64,000 bases of DNA from Victivallis vadensis (GCA_945883805.1 CAMCYE010000007.1:9260-73259), one strand, 5' to 3'. Positions 47,479-56,731 are shown, counted from the stretch's first letter. The notes: generated by a model from the letters alone, not told the origin. Made by a program: numbers and translations.

Positions 47479-49431
47479 ATGGCCAAGGGAACGGTAATAC
47501 AGAAAATACTTGACACCCACCATCTGTCTGGGGGAAAAAATCCAGGACAGCCGGTTTCGATAAGAATTGATCAGACGCTCACCCAGGATGCAACAGGCAC
47601 GATGGCATATCTTGAACTTGAGGCGATGGGTGTTGACAGGGTCAGGGCTGAGCTCTCAGTATCTTATGTTGACCACAATATGATGCAGAACGGTCCCGAG
47701 AACCAGAACGACCATTTATATCTTCAGTCGGTTGCTGCGGCAAAGGGAGTCTATTTTTCCAGGCCGGGCAATGGAATCTGCCATCAGGTTCACCTGGAGA
47801 GGTTCGGGGTTCCCGGCAAGACTCTCTTGGGTTCGGATTCACACACGCCCACAGGGGGCGGAGTCGGCATGATGGCAATCGGGGCGGGTGGACTTGACGT
47901 GGCGCTCGCCATGGCGGGCAAGCCTTTTCGCATGTCTTATCCGAAAATTATCGGAGTGAACCTTTCCGGTCATCTTAGACCGTGGCTGTCCGCAAAAGAC
48001 CTCATATTGAAAATGCTGAGCATCTTGACGACAAAAGGGAATGTCGGATGCATGGTTGAATATTTTGGTTCCGGCGTCGAATCCCTTTCCGTTCCGGAAC
48101 GCGCGACAATTACAAACATGGGCGCAGAACTCGGAGTCACAACCTCTGTTTTTCCATCTGACGGACGCACGAAAAGTTTTCTTGAAGCCCAGGGCAGGGG
48201 TGCGTCGTGGATGGAACTCAGGGCCGATGCAGATGCCGAATATGACAGGGTGATCGAGATTGACCTGAAGAAACTTGTTCCGATGGCGGCCGCCCCCTCA
48301 AGCCCGGACAATATTAAAACACTCGCCGAAATCGGCGAAATACCAGTTCATCAGGTGATTATAGGTTCATGTACGAACAGCTCCTATCAGGATCTCATGC
48401 TCGTCGCAAAACTGCTCAAGAACAGGAAGATAGCAAAGCATGTCTCCCTTTCAATCTCCCCGGGAAGCCGACAGGTTTTGCAGATGATTTCCGAAAACGG
48501 CGCTCTTGCGGACATGATTTCGGCAGGGGCCAGAATCCTCGAAACATCTTGCGGCGCCTGTATTGGACAGGGTATGAGCCCCGCGAACGATGCCGTTACT
48601 CTCCGCACCTTTAACCGCAATTTTCCGGGGCGCACGGGAACAAAAGGGGACAAGTCATATCTTGTGAGTCCGGCGGTCGCCACCGCTGCCGCGCTTACCG
48701 GTAAGTTCACAGATCCCAGACTGCTGGGAATAAAATTTCCAAGAATAAATGAGGCGAAGAGTTTTCTTGTCGACAATGATATGATTATTCCGCCTATGCC
48801 TGCGGAAGACGCTTTAAAAGTTGAAATCATCAGGAAGCCGACAATTGGTAAACCCCCAGTGAACTCTCCGCTTCCTGAAAATATAAACGGCGAAATCATT
48901 TTAAAAGTCGGCGACAAAATAACAACTGATCATATTATGCCCGCAGGCATCCATCTGAAACACCGCAGCAATATCCCCGAATATTCGAAAGTTGTTTTTG
49001 AATGCTTCAGCGAACCGGGCAAACCGACATTCGCCCAGCATGCCACCGCCCTCAGGGATTCCGGTAAACACGGGATAATTGTAGCCCGCGAGAGTTATGG
49101 ACAAGGATCTTCCCGCGAACATGCCGCAATCTGCCCCATGTATCTCGGAGTTAAAGCTGTTGTCGCCATCAGCATTGAAAGAATCCATGCCGCAAACCTT
49201 GTGAACTTCGGAATAGTTCCGCTTCTTTTTGCGAATCCCGCGGATTATGATCGGATTGCGCAGGGAGATTTGCTGAATATATGCGAAATTCGCAGACAGC
49301 TTGAAGTCGGAAAACTTGTGAAAGCGGAAATTGTCAGGGTGAATGGAGAGAAGATGGAAATAGAGCTTAGTCACGGCCTGTCAGAGGAAGATATTTCCAT
49401 CATACTTCCCGGAGGCTGCTTGAACTGCTGA
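47479..49431 (+). CDS. Aconitase-family hydratase, fused large plus small domains (putative aconitate hydratase, ~650-aa type)
   Basis: 'IDQTLTQDATGTMAYLE', 'GSDSHTPTGG' and 'GSCTNSSYQDL' ... 'CGACIGQG' Fe-S ligand motifs. Swivel domain 'YGQGSSREHAA'. Confidence 0.75.
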   Translation: MAKGTVIQKILDTHHLSGGKNPGQPVSIRIDQTLTQDATGTMAYLELEAMGVDRVRAELSVSYVDHNMMQNGPENQNDHLYLQSVAAAKGVYFSRPGNGICHQVHLERFGVPGKTLLGSDSHTPTGGGVGMMAIGAGGLDVALAMAGKPFRMSYPKIIGVNLSGHLRPWLSAKDLILKMLSILTTKGNVGCMVEYFGSGVESLSVPERATITNMGAELGVTTSVFPSDGRTKSFLEAQGRGASWMELRADADAEYDRVIEIDLKKLVPMAAAPSSPDNIKTLAEIGEIPVHQVIIGSCTNSSYQDLMLVAKLLKNRKIAKHVSLSISPGSRQVLQMISENGALADMISAGARILETSCGACIGQGMSPANDAVTLRTFNRNFPGRTGTKGDKSYLVSPAVATAAALTGKFTDPRLLGIKFPRINEAKSFLVDNDMIIPPMPAEDALKVEIIRKPTIGKPPVNSPLPENINGEIILKVGDKITTDHIMPAGIHLKHRSNIPEYSKVVFECFSEPGKPTFAQHATALRDSGKHGIIVARESYGQGSSREHAAICPMYLGVKAVVAISIERIHAANLVNFGIVPLLFANPADYDRIAQGDLLNICEIRRQLEVGKLVKAEIVRVNGEKMEIELSHGLSEEDISIILPGGCLNC

Positions 49432-49951
49432 AGATAGGGCGATTTCTCCGAAAGCACCGCCGGACGGACGGCTATCCCTACCTTGACGTTAAGGAATTTA
49501 AAAGAGATGAACATCCAACATCCAACGTTGAACATCGAACATTGAATTAAAACTCAATTCATTCTAAGTTGGATGTTTCCGCCGTGGCGGATTGAATGTT
49601 CGAAGTTCAGATTATTTAAAAGTTGCGGCCCTTGGCCGCCTAATTCAAGCGTATAGGAAATTGTATTTTAAGGAACGCCGGTCTCCAGACCGGCTTTAAT
49701 GGTAAATGACAAAAGAGCCGAACTGGAGTTCGGCGTTCCATAAAGAGTCCCGGCGGAGCCGGTTAAGTTCACGTTAAGGAATTTCAAAGTTTATGAATAT
49801 TAAGACAGCCTAAAGGCTGGACTCCAAATTTTGGAGTTCACACTTTAGTGTGTCTTTATTTTAAACAAGTTGCGGCCTTTGACCATCTAATTCAATCAGA
49901 ACTCCAGACAGGAATGTCTGGGTTGCTTAAACATATGGGGATTTTTTATTT
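49432..49951 (+). repeat. Array of A-B junction repeats alternating with hairpin inserts (acn-metG gap)
   Basis: Junction units at 49452..49506 (diverged), 49619..49673 and 49744..49791, plus a terminal A at 49866..49897. Insert 1 carries stutter words and TCCGCCGTGGCGGA (49578..49591). Insert 2 is GGAACGCC...GGCGTTCC (49672..49739). Insert 3 has three small hairpins (49806..49852). Confidence 0.85.
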
Positions 49952-51877
49952 ATGGGACAGGACACTTTCTACGTTACGACCCCGATTTACTATGTGAACG
50001 ACAAACCGCACATAGGCCATGCATATACGACAATCCTTGCGGATGTCCTATCCCGTTATCACCGCCTCCTTGGCGATCCGACTTTTTTCCTCACGGGTAC
50101 CGATGAGCACGGACAGAAAGTCCAGAAGGCCGCTGTTGCAAACAAGATGACTCCACAGGAACAGTGCGACACCACTGTGACAAGATTCCAGGAGCTTTGG
50201 AAAAAGCTTGAAATAACGCATGATGATTTCATACGGACCACTGAAGACCGCCATAAGAATGTAGTCAGGACAATCCTTCAGGATCTTTATGACAGGGGCG
50301 AGGTTTACAAGGCTGAATATTCAGGCCATTACTGCACCCCCTGCGAAAGATTTTTCTCGAAAAAGGATCTTGTGGATGAAAAGCTCTGTCCTGATTGCAA
50401 ACGACCAACCGACGAGATAATTGAGTCAAACTATTTCTTTAAAATGGGAAAATACCAGTCATGGCTTATTGATCACATCCAGTCGCATCCTGAGTTCATA
50501 CAGCCAGACTTCCGCCGCAATGAGACACTCGGGTTCCTTCGCAAACCTCTGGAGGATCTCTGCATTTCACGCCCGAAAAAACGCCTTGCATGGGGAATAG
50601 AACTTCCGTTCGACAAGGAATATGTGTGCTATGTCTGGTTTGACGCCCTGATCAATTATATAACAGGAATAGGATATGGGCAGGACGCTGCGAAATTCGC
50701 AAAATGGTGGCCAGCCTCCTACCACCTCATCGGAAAGGATATTCTCACCACGCATACCGTCTACTGGCCGACAATGCTGAAGGCGATGGGAATAGAACAG
50801 CCGAAGACGATATATGCGCACGGCTGGTGGCTGATTGGTTCGGATAAGATGAGCAAGTCCACCGGCAATGCCGTCAATCCGATCGATGTGGCTGAAAAAT
50901 ACGGGGTTGACGCGTTCCGCTATTTCCTCATGTCGGAAATGTCGCTGGGGAACGACGCTTCATTCAGCGAGGAGATTTTCATCACTCGGTATAACAGCAA
51001 TCTCGCGAACGATCTTGGAAATCTTCTGAGCCGCGTCGTAAAGATGATCGCCAAGGAAGCGGGCGGAATAATTCCCGCTCCAGTTGAATCGGCGCAGACT
51101 GAATATGAAAAGGAACTCCGGGAAACTGTTCTATCCGCAGTTTTTGAAATGGAACCGGCCATAACCGGAATGAAGCTTGACCGCGGGCTCGAACAGATTA
51201 TGAACGCCATACGTGCGGCAAACCGCTATATGGAACAGACAGCCCCGTGGAAACTCGCAAAGGAGAAGAATACCGACCGTCTCAGTACGGTCCTATATAC
51301 CGCCGCGGAGTCACTGAGGATAATTTCCGGTCTTCTCTATCCTGTAATGCCGGGCAAAATGTGCGAAATCCGCAAAGCCATAGGGCTTCCTGAGACAGGG
51401 ATGGAAATATTCGAGTTGAAGACTTGGGGAAAACTAAGTCCCGGTCTCAAGGTTTCCGATATCGGCTCTCTTTTTCCGCGGATAGAAGTAAGCAAGGATG
51501 ATGCGTCAAAATCTGCGAAATCCGCAGAGACTGTTGCCGTTGCAGCCGAAGACATAATTGTCATTGATGACTTCAGCAGGATCAAGCTCAAAACGGCAAA
51601 GGTTTTGGAAGCTGAAAAAGTCGAAGGCGCGGACAAGCTTCTCCGCCTCCAGATTGATGTCGGCGGACAGAAGCGTCAGCTGGTCGCCGGGATCGCGCTG
51701 TTCTACAAGCCGGAAGAAGTTGTCGGAAGGACAATCATCATTGTTGCCAACCTGAAACCTGCGAAAATACGTGGAATCGAATCCTGCGGAATGCTTCTCG
51801 CCGCCAAGGACGGGAAGACTCTCAAGCTCATCACAGTCGACGGCGGTGAATTTCCGTCCGGCGCATCCGTGGGATGA
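49952..51877 (+). CDS. metG: Methionine--tRNA ligase with C-terminal tRNA-binding (EMAP-like) domain
   Basis: 'PIYYVNDKPHIGHAYT' (HIGH), 'KMSKSTGN' (KMSKS), zinc knuckle 'CTPCERF...CPDC'. C-terminal 'KTAKVLEAEKVEGADKLLRLQIDVG'. Confidence 0.9.
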   Translation: MGQDTFYVTTPIYYVNDKPHIGHAYTTILADVLSRYHRLLGDPTFFLTGTDEHGQKVQKAAVANKMTPQEQCDTTVTRFQELWKKLEITHDDFIRTTEDRHKNVVRTILQDLYDRGEVYKAEYSGHYCTPCERFFSKKDLVDEKLCPDCKRPTDEIIESNYFFKMGKYQSWLIDHIQSHPEFIQPDFRRNETLGFLRKPLEDLCISRPKKRLAWGIELPFDKEYVCYVWFDALINYITGIGYGQDAAKFAKWWPASYHLIGKDILTTHTVYWPTMLKAMGIEQPKTIYAHGWWLIGSDKMSKSTGNAVNPIDVAEKYGVDAFRYFLMSEMSLGNDASFSEEIFITRYNSNLANDLGNLLSRVVKMIAKEAGGIIPAPVESAQTEYEKELRETVLSAVFEMEPAITGMKLDRGLEQIMNAIRAANRYMEQTAPWKLAKEKNTDRLSTVLYTAAESLRIISGLLYPVMPGKMCEIRKAIGLPETGMEIFELKTWGKLSPGLKVSDIGSLFPRIEVSKDDASKSAKSAETVAVAAEDIIVIDDFSRIKLKTAKVLEAEKVEGADKLLRLQIDVGGQKRQLVAGIALFYKPEEVVGRTIIIVANLKPAKIRGIESCGMLLAAKDGKTLKLITVDGGEFPSGASVG

Positions 51878-51915
51878 AAATGCATGGAAGATTTTTTGTA
51901 CAATTTATTTGCGGT

Positions 51916-53010
51916 TCATCTCGGGACAAGCTTTTTGTTTCCGACAAAAGCCACCTTTGTGAGTTCGGGCATTCTTGAGTAAGCGTCCAGATCGGTGTTG
52001 TCGAATTGTTTGGCTTTGAAGTCATACCAAGCTAATCCTGCGATCATCGCCGCATTGTCCGTGCAATATTTCGGATGCGCTATTACCAGGTGCCTTCTTC
52101 CGGGAAGGGATTTCTTCATTCTTTCCCTGAGCGCGCCGTTGCATGCCACGCCCCCGCAGAGGACTACGGTTGAGGCCGAGAAATATTCAGCCGCTTCGAC
52201 TGTTTTTCTCACAAGGACATCCACGATCGCCTCCTGATATGAGGCGACGGAATCGCACAGGATTTCGCCTGTCATGTTTTCGCCACCGCCGAGTTTTATG
52301 CAGTGATAATAAAGGGAGGTTTTAACCCCGCTGAAGCTGAAGTTGAAGCGGTCTTTTTCGTTCAAAGCCTTTCCTGAAGTTCCGGTCAGAGAACGCGGAA
52401 ATGCGAATTTCGCAGGGTTCCCGTTTTTGGCGGTTTTTTCGATTACCGGTCCGCCCGGATAACCGAGATGCAAAAGTTTTGCGGCCTTGTCAAAAGCCTC
52501 GCCTGCTGCGTCGTCAAGAGTCGTCCCGACGATTCGGGCATTGCCATCGTCGGTGATCAGCACTAGGGCGGTATGTCCGCCGGAGACCACCAAGGCAAGT
52601 ATTGGAAAGGTTTCGGGCATTGCGAGTTTCTCTATTCCGTTTTCGAGGAAGCATCCATAGATATGGGCGATGAAATGATTTATCCCGACGAGCGGGATAT
52701 TGTGTCCGGCTGAAAGTCCTTTCGCAAAGTTGACTCCGATGAGGAGGGAAGGGATAAGTCCGGGTCCGTTTGTAACTCCTATGGCGGCTACATCCATTAT
52801 TGAGATGTCCGCAGTTTTCAAAGCGGTTTTAACTACGTATTCGATCGCGGTCAGATGTTCGCGTGCCGCGATTTCCGGCACGACTCCGCCATAGAGCGCG
52901 TGTTTTGCGATCTGAGAGGAAACAACGCTGCTGCGAACTTCGCAACCGTCAATCACGACGGATGCCGCAGTTTCATCGCAACTGGTTTCTATTCCTAAGA
53001 TTATGTCCAT
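51916..53010 (-). CDS. tsaD: tRNA N6-adenosine threonylcarbamoyltransferase
   Basis: 'MDIILGIETSCDETAASVV', 'HFIAHIY' and 'VVSGGHTAL'. Start placed at ATG 53010; the ORF-track start at 53037 adds nine unlikely residues. Confidence 0.9.
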   Translation of the reverse strand: MDIILGIETSCDETAASVVIDGCEVRSSVVSSQIAKHALYGGVVPEIAAREHLTAIEYVVKTALKTADISIMDVAAIGVTNGPGLIPSLLIGVNFAKGLSAGHNIPLVGINHFIAHIYGCFLENGIEKLAMPETFPILALVVSGGHTALVLITDDGNARIVGTTLDDAAGEAFDKAAKLLHLGYPGGPVIEKTAKNGNPAKFAFPRSLTGTSGKALNEKDRFNFSFSGVKTSLYYHCIKLGGGENMTGEILCDSVASYQEAIVDVLVRKTVEAAEYFSASTVVLCGGVACNGALRERMKKSLPGRRHLVIAHPKYCTDNAAMIAGLAWYDFKAKQFDNTDLDAYSRMPELTKVAFVGNKKLVPR

Positions 53011-53020
53011 TGTATATTTC

Positions 53021-53058
53021 TCAAAAAAATGCGGCAATAAAACGCCGCCTTTTTTTTA
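53021..53058 (-). terminator. Hairpin flanked by A and T runs after the EF-hand gene (bidirectional-type terminator)
   Basis: Plus strand reads AAAAAAATGCGGCAATAAAACGCCGCCTTTTTTTTT. The minus strand therefore has the hairpin GGCGGCGTTTTATTGCCGC followed by ATTTTTTT. Confidence 0.5.
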
Positions 53059-53071
53059 TAGATATTTCACT

Positions 53072-53094
53072 CGATAACTGATAACCGATAACTG
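53072..53094. repeat. Word stutter CGATAACTGATAACCGATAACTG
   Basis: Three GATAAC(T/C)G words in tandem between the EF-hand gene stop and the tsaD start. Confidence 0.6.
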
Positions 53095-53110
53095 TTTACT
53101 GGTCACTGAT

Positions 53111-53740
53111 TTATTTGGCTTTTGCAGGTTCGGCTTTTTTGTCGGTCGCCTTTGGCGTCCCGGCCCAGTAAATAATCCATTCTTCTTTTGTGACGATACC
53201 GTCCTTGTCCATGTCGGCGGAATGGAAAGCTTCGAAAAGCATGTTTTTTGCTTCAACTCCGTCTATTTTTCCGTCCTTGCTCTTGTCCACCTTGTCAAAC
53301 CTGTCGTTCATTATGAAGTAATATTCCTCGGCGGTTATGGATCCGTCGGCATTTGTATCAGCCTGTGCGAAGCGTGATGTCCCTGTGCCTGCTTTTTCAG
53401 GGATTTCCCCTTCAGGTTTTGGAATAGTAAGATACTCATCCTTTGTAAGGCCGCCGTCCTTGTTCTTGTCAATTTCAGCGACACGTTTTTCAGCTCTGGC
53501 CTTTATTTCGTTTTCGGTGATTTTCCCATCCTTGTTTGTGTCAATAACTCCGAAAATGTCAAGCCAGTAGGTCTGGTATTCGTCCTTATCTATTTTTCCG
53601 TCTCCGTTTTTGTCTATTTTCTTAAAGGTATTAGGGCTGCGCGCAGGAGGGGCGGTTGTTTTGGAACTGTCTTGCGCCATGGTGCAGAAAGCGCCTGCGA
53701 ACAATGCTGAAACTGTGAGTCCGGCAAGAAACTTTTTCAT
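53111..53740 (-). CDS. Secreted EF-hand repeat calcium-binding protein
   Basis: Signal peptide 'MKKFLAGLTVSALFAGAFCTMA'. Six loops: DKNGDGKIDKDE, DTNKDGKITENE, DKNKDGGLTKDE, DTNADGSITAEE, DKSKDGKIDGVE, DMDKDGIVTKEE. Confidence 0.8.
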   Translation of the reverse strand: MKKFLAGLTVSALFAGAFCTMAQDSSKTTAPPARSPNTFKKIDKNGDGKIDKDEYQTYWLDIFGVIDTNKDGKITENEIKARAEKRVAEIDKNKDGGLTKDEYLTIPKPEGEIPEKAGTGTSRFAQADTNADGSITAEEYYFIMNDRFDKVDKSKDGKIDGVEAKNMLFEAFHSADMDKDGIVTKEEWIIYWAGTPKATDKKAEPAKAK

Positions 53741-53987
53741 TTTTTTAACCCCAACTTTTTTCTTTGACCTGTCTGAATTACGGGCATCTAATCTACATTT
53801 TTCATATCAAGTTTCAAGTTTTTCAGTTTTTCAGGAAAATAACAATTATTCCTGAGTGTTTTTCATTTCAATAAATTCCTTCTGAATTTATTGAAATGAA
53901 AAACTATAGTATGCTTTGCAGGAAGTAGGGTTAAAGATTTGTGCTATATTAGAGGTTTAAACCAAAAAAATCATGGATTGACAACAT

Positions 53988-54614
53988 ATGGATTCCGACA
54001 TTACTGGTCTCATACTCATAGGAATTGCGAGTTATCTCTTCGGTTCGGTACCGTGGGCGTTCATTATTGGCAGGATCAAAGGCATAGACATACGGGAACA
54101 CGGGAGCGGAAATATCGGCGCGACAAATGTGATGAGAGTGCTCGGCAGGAAATGGGGAATCCTGTGTTTCATCCTGGATTTCCTTAAAGGGCTTCTTCCG
54201 GTGCTTGCCGTGAAAATTTTTACGGAAGCTCCCGATTCCCTTGTCATAGTCGCCGGACTTGCGGTTGTGGCGGGTCACATCTGGTCGGTGTTTCTTAAGT
54301 TCAAAGGTGGCAAGGGCATGGCTACCGGAGGAGGTGTCCTGGTGGGGATAGCCCCTTATTCTTTTATTTTTACGGGACTGGTATGGATAGTTCTTTTTTA
54401 TTCGACCCGCTATGTTTCGGCGGCAAGCGTCATTGCGGCGGCGGCGCTTCCGGTGAGTTCTTTTGTTTTTTCAGAAACGGGATTATGGGTTTTGTCTGCG
54501 CCATTCCAGATGTTCCTTCTGGTTCTGGCAATTGTCACAATAGCGAAACACCACGGCAATATTGGAAGATTAATTAACGGCACTGAACATAAGTTCGAAA
54601 AGAAAAAGGTCTGA
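53988..54614 (+). CDS. plsY: Glycerol-3-phosphate acyltransferase PlsY
   Basis: 'GSGNIGATNVMR' and 'HIWSVFLKFKGGKG' motifs; 208 aa membrane protein. Confidence 0.9.
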   Translation: MDSDITGLILIGIASYLFGSVPWAFIIGRIKGIDIREHGSGNIGATNVMRVLGRKWGILCFILDFLKGLLPVLAVKIFTEAPDSLVIVAGLAVVAGHIWSVFLKFKGGKGMATGGGVLVGIAPYSFIFTGLVWIVLFYSTRYVSAASVIAAAALPVSSFVFSETGLWVLSAPFQMFLLVLAIVTIAKHHGNIGRLINGTEHKFEKKKV

Positions 54615-54616
54615 AG

Positions 54617-55618
54617 ATGAATATTACGGTTTTAAGTGACGGGGGATGGGGGACTGCGTTGGCGTTGCTTCTGGTCCGGAACGGGCACAATGTCCGGCAA
54701 TGGGGGCCTTTTCCGGAGTATATCCGCGAAATCCGCAAATCACGTGAGAATTCCCGTTTCCTTCCCGGTTCCGTCCTGCCTGCCGAACTCGGTTTGTGCG
54801 AGGATATGAAAGACGCCCTCGGCGATTCTGAAATAATAGTTCTCGCGTCTCCATCGCAATATCTGAGGGGAACTCTCGCGAAATTCGCAGAATACCATAA
54901 TCCTGACAGGCATCTTCTTGTCAATGTCGCAAAGGGGATAGAAATCGGATCCTTAAAACGCATGAGTGAGCTCTGCGGGGAGATGCTTGGCGAAAACAGG
55001 TATTGTGTCCTTTCCGGACCGAGTCACGCTGAAGAGGTCGCCTTGAAATGTCCGACTGCCGTAGTCGCCGCTTCTTCGGATGTCAAAACTGCGGAAACCG
55101 TGCAGAAGGCTTTCATGAACGAGTTTTTCAGGGTGTACACGGTCACGGACGTGGTTGGAGTCGAACTTGGCGGCTCTTTGAAGAATGTTTTTGCAATAGC
55201 GTCCGGTATTCTTGACGGGATGGGGCTGGGTGATAATTCGAAGGCGGCCCTGATGACCAGGGGAATGGCTGAAATGGCGAGGCTCGGCATTGCGCTGGGA
55301 GGAAAGGGTGAAACTTTTTCAGGTCTCAGCGGGATAGGCGATCTGATTGTCACATGCATAAGCAGGCACAGCCGGAACAGGCACGTCGGCGAAGACCTGG
55401 GCAAGGGCAGGAAAATAGAAGATGTGCTGAAAGAAATGGGTCTCGTAGTCGCCGAGGGCGTGAAGACGGCGGAAAGCGCCTACAATCTTGCCTTGAAACA
55501 TAATGTGGAGACGCCCATAATCAATGAAGTTTACGCCGGGCTCTACCTCGGAAAAGATCCGAGGCAAGGAGTGCGGGATTTGATGACCCGGAAAGCACGG
55601 AAAGAGTTTGACGCATGA
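54617..55618 (+). CDS. gpsA: NAD(P)H-dependent glycerol-3-phosphate dehydrogenase
   Basis: 'ITVLSDGGWGTALALLL' Rossmann motif, 'GPSHAEEV' and 'GGSLKNVFAIASGI'. Begins 3 nt after plsY. Confidence 0.9.
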   Translation: MNITVLSDGGWGTALALLLVRNGHNVRQWGPFPEYIREIRKSRENSRFLPGSVLPAELGLCEDMKDALGDSEIIVLASPSQYLRGTLAKFAEYHNPDRHLLVNVAKGIEIGSLKRMSELCGEMLGENRYCVLSGPSHAEEVALKCPTAVVAASSDVKTAETVQKAFMNEFFRVYTVTDVVGVELGGSLKNVFAIASGILDGMGLGDNSKAALMTRGMAEMARLGIALGGKGETFSGLSGIGDLIVTCISRHSRNRHVGEDLGKGRKIEDVLKEMGLVVAEGVKTAESAYNLALKHNVETPIINEVYAGLYLGKDPRQGVRDLMTRKARKEFDA

Positions 55619-55636
55619 TGTTTTTCTGCGAAAAAT

Positions 55637-56377
55637 ATGAACTTTAGAAATCTAATTCTGCCGTTTTTTTTCGTTTCCGCCATGATGGTCGGTTCTTCCT
55701 GTAACAATGCTTTCAGAGATTTATCAGCTCATGGGGATACTGCCGATGAAAGCGCAAGGGCACTGTCTCCACTTTCTGAAGCTGAGAAAAGGATTCTCGC
55801 CAAATTTGGAGGTGAGCTACTTCCAGATCAGAATGTTAAAATTGGGGTCATCACAATTCACAGGAGGGAACTGGAGGTTTCATTTCCCGGCAGGATCAAT
55901 ATGACCGCGGGGGATCTTGAAGTCCTTATTGCCATGCCGCACGGACGGGTTCATGAGAGTCTTCTTGTGAGCGATGCGGATCCTCTGGGACTGCAACTAG
56001 CACTTCTCCTCATCGGGGCTGAGAACGGAAGTCGCTGTGGAGGCGGGAAAATTTCCCGTGGCACTATTTTGAACATTGATGTCCAACCTGAAAACGGCGG
56101 GAGAATGCCGGTTGAAGCATGGATTTCAAATAAAAGGACTGCAGGGGGCATCGACAGGTTCGGATGGGTTTTTGTAGGTTCAAGCTTTACTCACGACATG
56201 CGCTGCCTGGCGAAAGAAGAGGGAAATTTAGTCAATATCTGGAGTTTCGGGAACACGATCCTCGACAATCCGTCATCCACGGGAGATGAAGATGATTTCA
56301 TCGTCGTGAATCCGGAAACTGTGGGGAAAAATGGAACTCCGGTCTCTATTTACATGTCGTTTGGGAAAATCGAATAA
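55637..56377 (+). CDS. Hypothetical secreted protein or lipoprotein
   Basis: 246 aa. N-terminus 'LILPFFFVSAMMVGSSC' is signal plus lipobox-like. No domain I can name confidently. Confidence 0.55.
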   Translation: MNFRNLILPFFFVSAMMVGSSCNNAFRDLSAHGDTADESARALSPLSEAEKRILAKFGGELLPDQNVKIGVITIHRRELEVSFPGRINMTAGDLEVLIAMPHGRVHESLLVSDADPLGLQLALLLIGAENGSRCGGGKISRGTILNIDVQPENGGRMPVEAWISNKRTAGGIDRFGWVFVGSSFTHDMRCLAKEEGNLVNIWSFGNTILDNPSSTGDEDDFIVVNPETVGKNGTPVSIYMSFGKIE

Positions 56378-56412
56378 TGAATTAAAAGAAATCCATTATT
56401 TCAAGTTTATGC

Positions 56413-56438
56413 TTGCAAGAAATGACTTTCCGTATACT
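56413..56438 (+). promoter_or_regulatory. Putative promoter of tRNA(CAT): TTGCAA ... TATACT
   Basis: TTGCAA at 56413..56418 and TATACT at 56433..56438, with the tRNA starting 14 nt downstream. The spacer is only 14 nt, so the -35 assignment is weak. Confidence 0.3.
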
Positions 56439-56451
56439 TTACTGACCGATT

Positions 56452-56528
56452 GGCGGCTTAGCTCAGTTGGTTAGAGCGTCGGAATCATAATCCGCAGGTC
56501 CTCGGTTCAAATCCGAGAGCCGCCACCA
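56452..56528 (+). tRNA. tRNA with CAT anticodon (elongator Met or lysidine-modified Ile2), CCA encoded
   Basis: Manual cloverleaf. Acceptor GGCGGCT/AGCCGCC. D arm GCTC-AGTTGGTTA-GAGC. Anticodon arm TCGGA-ATCATAA-TCCGC. Variable loop AGGTC. T arm CTCGG-TTCAAAT-CCGAG. Ends ACCA. The 1:72 pair is G-C, so it is not an initiator. Confidence 0.85.
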
Positions 56529-56588
56529 GATTTCTTCCCCCGTTTTCCGAACCCGGATGAAAATTAATTATTTCTTTCATATTGGTTC

Positions 56589-56616
56589 TTGCAAATTTCC
56601 GGCGTTGGAGTATTTT
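56589..56616 (+). promoter_or_regulatory. Putative sigma70-like promoter of tRNA-Asp: TTGCAA-16 nt-TATTTT
   Basis: TTGCAA at 56589..56594 and TATTTT at 56611..56616. The tRNA starts at 56635. The same CTTGCAA word precedes the first tRNA. Confidence 0.35.
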
Positions 56617-56634
56617 TCAAGCCTCCCAATAATT

Positions 56635-56712
56635 GGGGGCGTAGCTCAATTGGTTTAGAGCGCTGCCCTGTCACGGCAGAGGTTGCGGGTTCGAGCCCCG
56701 TCGCTCCCGCCA
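56635..56712 (+). tRNA. tRNA-Asp (GTC), CCA encoded
   Basis: Manual cloverleaf. Acceptor GGGGGCG/CGCTCCC (one G.T pair). D arm GCTC-AATTGGTTTA-GAGC. Anticodon arm CTGCC-CTGTCAC-GGCAG. T arm GCGGG-TTCGAGC-CCCGT. Discriminator G plus CCA. Confidence 0.9.
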
Positions 56713-56731
56713 TACTTCGCTGAAGCTTCGT

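Noticed and set aside
49432-49951. CRISPR array interpretation of the repeat/insert periodicity
   Set aside because: The repeats are about 50 nt and diverged. The inserts are 70-112 nt, vary in length and are strongly self-complementary. Some insert types (GGAACGCC stems, the TCCGCCGTGGCGGA block) recur at other loci. The same modules are dispersed singly around the window. No cas genes are present.
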